A stretch of 64,000 nucleotides of DNA, taken from Candidatus Obscuribacterales bacterium. GTDB lineage: Bacteria; Cyanobacteriota; Vampirovibrionia; Obscuribacterales; Obscuribacteraceae. Of this stretch, positions 61,924-64,000 are shown piece after piece. Numbering within the stretch: position 1 is the first letter of the stretch; each line of letters opens with the position of its first letter. A program made the translations under genes and the position numbers. Under the pieces are notes generated by a model that ran no database searches, was not told the origin of the DNA, and was given only the letters and a program-made list of their open reading frames with translations. Location: NCBI GenBank assembly GCA_965228855.1, contig CBDDIJ010000003.1:352001-416000 (forward strand), given 5' to 3'.

Positions 61924-62162
61924 GCTTACTCTCTCGGGCGGCGCCGTCATTTAATCTGCGGCTTCGATTAACTTTAGCCACTCTACACTCGGAAGATGTG
62001 CCAAGTCAAGCAAAAGTTTCCGGCGGTAACGTCATTGTTAACCAGGTCCGTTTGAGATGGTTTCGACCAATAGGAAAATAGTAATTCAATTACCTATTAT
62101 CTATAGACGCCGAGTTTTCCATTAGAGTTTGTCGGATTTTAAATGCGTCAAACTGTTGCGGA

Positions 62163-63077
62163 TTAACTCCCGTCGCCATCTTCAGCACCGAGCTCGCCGA
62201 GGCGCTTCCGGAGCCCGTTTATGATTTCATTGCGAGCATTGAGGAGGTCCAGAAGGGCATCATATTTGGTGCCATAAGAATCAACTTCGTTCTGCAAAAT
62301 TGCATTCGTCAGAGCGTTGTTTTCGGCCTGCTCTTTGATTGCCTCGATTGCTGCGATTAGCTGACGAATCAGGTCTCGCATATCCACGGATGTGTTTTTG
62401 TGCGCGTTGCCGCTTGCGACATCATCGGCTATTCGCTGTAATCGCTTGGTTAACTTTTCGCATTTGCGAACATTGTGCTCGACCGTGTTAACGTCGGTAT
62501 CATCGAAATCTTGAATTATCGCCATCCGCCGACGCACTTCGGCCTCAACTTCTTGTGCTGTAATGTTGTTGACGTGCATCGGACCTGCACAGATTTCTCG
62601 CCAGGGCGCTCCGGCAAGAGCTTGACGCACGATCACTTCGAAAACTTGCTCTCTGACCCCGGCGCCGTATTTGCCCTGACGATTGGCGTCCTGCTGCGGC
62701 GAATCCTTTGATGGTTTAAACAGCTTACCGAGTTGCGGCAGATTGAACTTAGGTATGCCGCCTTCGCGAGGAGATTCTTTGCTGCCCGGCTCCCTCGGAG
62801 TCTCTTTCTCATCCGATGCCGTAGACCGACCGGGCGGATCGGCAAAGTCCGGTAAGACGCTGAATGGCGGCTCGATACGTGAGCCGTCAAAAGTACTTTC
62901 GAATCGGGAGTTGCAGAATCTGCAGACGGACGCCCCTGTGCGGATCATCTCGCGGCACGATGCGCAAGGAGAAAACTGTGCCGGGTCGATTCCACGTTGA
63001 CAAAAGCGGCAAAGCGCGGCGCCCTTAGCGATTGTTTCGCTGCAGTGTGGGCAAGCCGTCGATTCGCGTTCGTTCAT
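62163..63077 (-). CDS. Double zinc-ribbon domain protein with C-terminal coiled coil
   Basis: CPHC..CRFC..CASC..CRFC; ATG 63077 follows GAGG. Confidence 0.8.
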   Translation of the reverse strand: MNERESTACPHCSETIAKGAALCRFCQRGIDPAQFSPCASCREMIRTGASVCRFCNSRFESTFDGSRIEPPFSVLPDFADPPGRSTASDEKETPREPGSKESPREGGIPKFNLPQLGKLFKPSKDSPQQDANRQGKYGAGVREQVFEVIVRQALAGAPWREICAGPMHVNNITAQEVEAEVRRRMAIIQDFDDTDVNTVEHNVRKCEKLTKRLQRIADDVASGNAHKNTSVDMRDLIRQLIAAIEAIKEQAENNALTNAILQNEVDSYGTKYDALLDLLNARNEIINGLRKRLGELGAEDGDGS

Positions 63078-63149
63078 CACAACAGCCTCAAGTCTCAGTT
63101 TCAATCTTATTCCACGCCGTGATAATTTGCTCACGCTCTGTTGCTGAGC

Positions 63150-63998
63150 TTAAACTGCCGGTTTGTCAGTCTGAGACGAGTTTTCAATGAGGCTATCAGT
63201 TTCCTGTTCCAGGTAGTCCCGCCGGGTCGTATAAGCCAGCTGATTGGTCAGCTGGGCAACTTCGTCCTGTCTTATCTTGTGCACCTCGTTTAAGGCGAGC
63301 GTCAGGTCCGGAGCAGCTTCATCGAGGGTCATGCTCAGTCGTTCGATGCGCTCGTTATATTTGCGAATGCGAACATTCTGAAATTGAACATTAATCCAGC
63401 GAAACGCCGGAAAGAACAAGAAGAAGCTAGCGTAAAGAGCGAGCACCAGGAAGAAATTCTCCGACGAGCTGTCACTGCTCTGGACGGCGTAGAGCATGTA
63501 CCAGAAAAACACCGTGCCGAAGAAGTTCGAACAAGCGAGCAGCAAAATCGGTTTGAGCGAATCGGTACTTATATCAGTAAACACAACAGGTTGCATCGTG
63601 ACGGCGCGAGGTGGCTGTGAATGACGCGATTCATGTGACTCTTCGTCTCTGGCGTCCGGTGCAAAATTGAGAGCGCTTTTCGAAACGGCCGCTTGCATCT
63701 CCGGAAATTTGTAAATCAAATGACCCGATGGTGTGGCGCCGGGCACGCCGTGAAATTTTGCCAGAACCGGGAATGCCGCTTCTACCTCGGTAGCAGCAGC
63801 GCCAACCAGGGGCGCGAGTTGTTCGGGCAGGATGATGCCCTGATTTGCGCGAATCAACTGCGCAACTGCTTTTGACTTCTCGTTTTCAAAATTCTGGTTC
63901 GGGTTGCCGGGACCGAATAATAATGTGTAGCAGTTTAAAAGGAAACCTTTGTCGTCCTTGACGCTCTGAACCTGCTCGGCGGAATCGTTACTCTTCGT
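63150..63998 (-). CDS. Conserved membrane protein of a cyanobacterial/plastid-type family (partial, 5' end outside the window)
   Basis: Frame open to the window edge; FGPGNPN...IRANQG...EQLAP...PVL.KF.G.P.....G.LIYKFPE pattern recognised from memory, plus two TM helices. Confidence 0.65.
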   Translation of the reverse strand, partial: TKSNDSAEQVQSVKDDKGFLLNCYTLLFGPGNPNQNFENEKSKAVAQLIRANQGIILPEQLAPLVGAAATEVEAAFPVLAKFHGVPGATPSGHLIYKFPEMQAAVSKSALNFAPDARDEESHESRHSQPPRAVTMQPVVFTDISTDSLKPILLLACSNFFGTVFFWYMLYAVQSSDSSSENFFLVLALYASFFLFFPAFRWINVQFQNVRIRKYNERIERLSMTLDEAAPDLTLALNEVHKIRQDEVAQLTNQLAYTTRRDYLEQETDSLIENSSQTDKPAV

Positions 63999-64000
63999 TG

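Overview
A 64 kb stretch of bacterial chromosome made up mostly of core and lineage-specific genes. The cyanobacteria-like housekeeping genes (rpoD, uvrB, glyS, rplJ-rplL, tex, ctpA-type protease, DAHP synthase), the absence of photosynthesis genes, and the many TPR, WG-repeat and LRR-kinase proteins suggest a non-photosynthetic Cyanobacteriota relative (Vampirovibrionia/Melainabacteria, possibly Obscuribacterales). That placement is inference only. The left part (about 4.7-17.4 kb) holds general-stress genes: a LigD lacking its polymerase domain, a ChaB-like basic protein, a cupin, a ROK glucokinase, DUF2188 and a decayed alcohol dehydrogenase. The strongest finding is not in the ORF track. 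The leader of the DAHP synthase-chorismate mutase operon (minus strand, 61.6-61.9 kb) carries two tandem ribosome-dependent attenuators. Each has a short leader peptide with four consecutive Tyr codons (MTRKYYYYHNDEVHQM and MSQQRTYYYYQSRTLRGSPR) and its own terminator/antiterminator pair. Other notable items: an HNH nuclease-TPR fusion next to a Ser/Thr kinase-LRR gene (candidate defence module), a tmRNA-type 3'-end fragment (att-site scar), two candidate structured RNAs, and several signalling or enzyme domains with substituted catalytic residues. I saw no CRISPR array, rRNA, intact tRNA, transposase or integrase.
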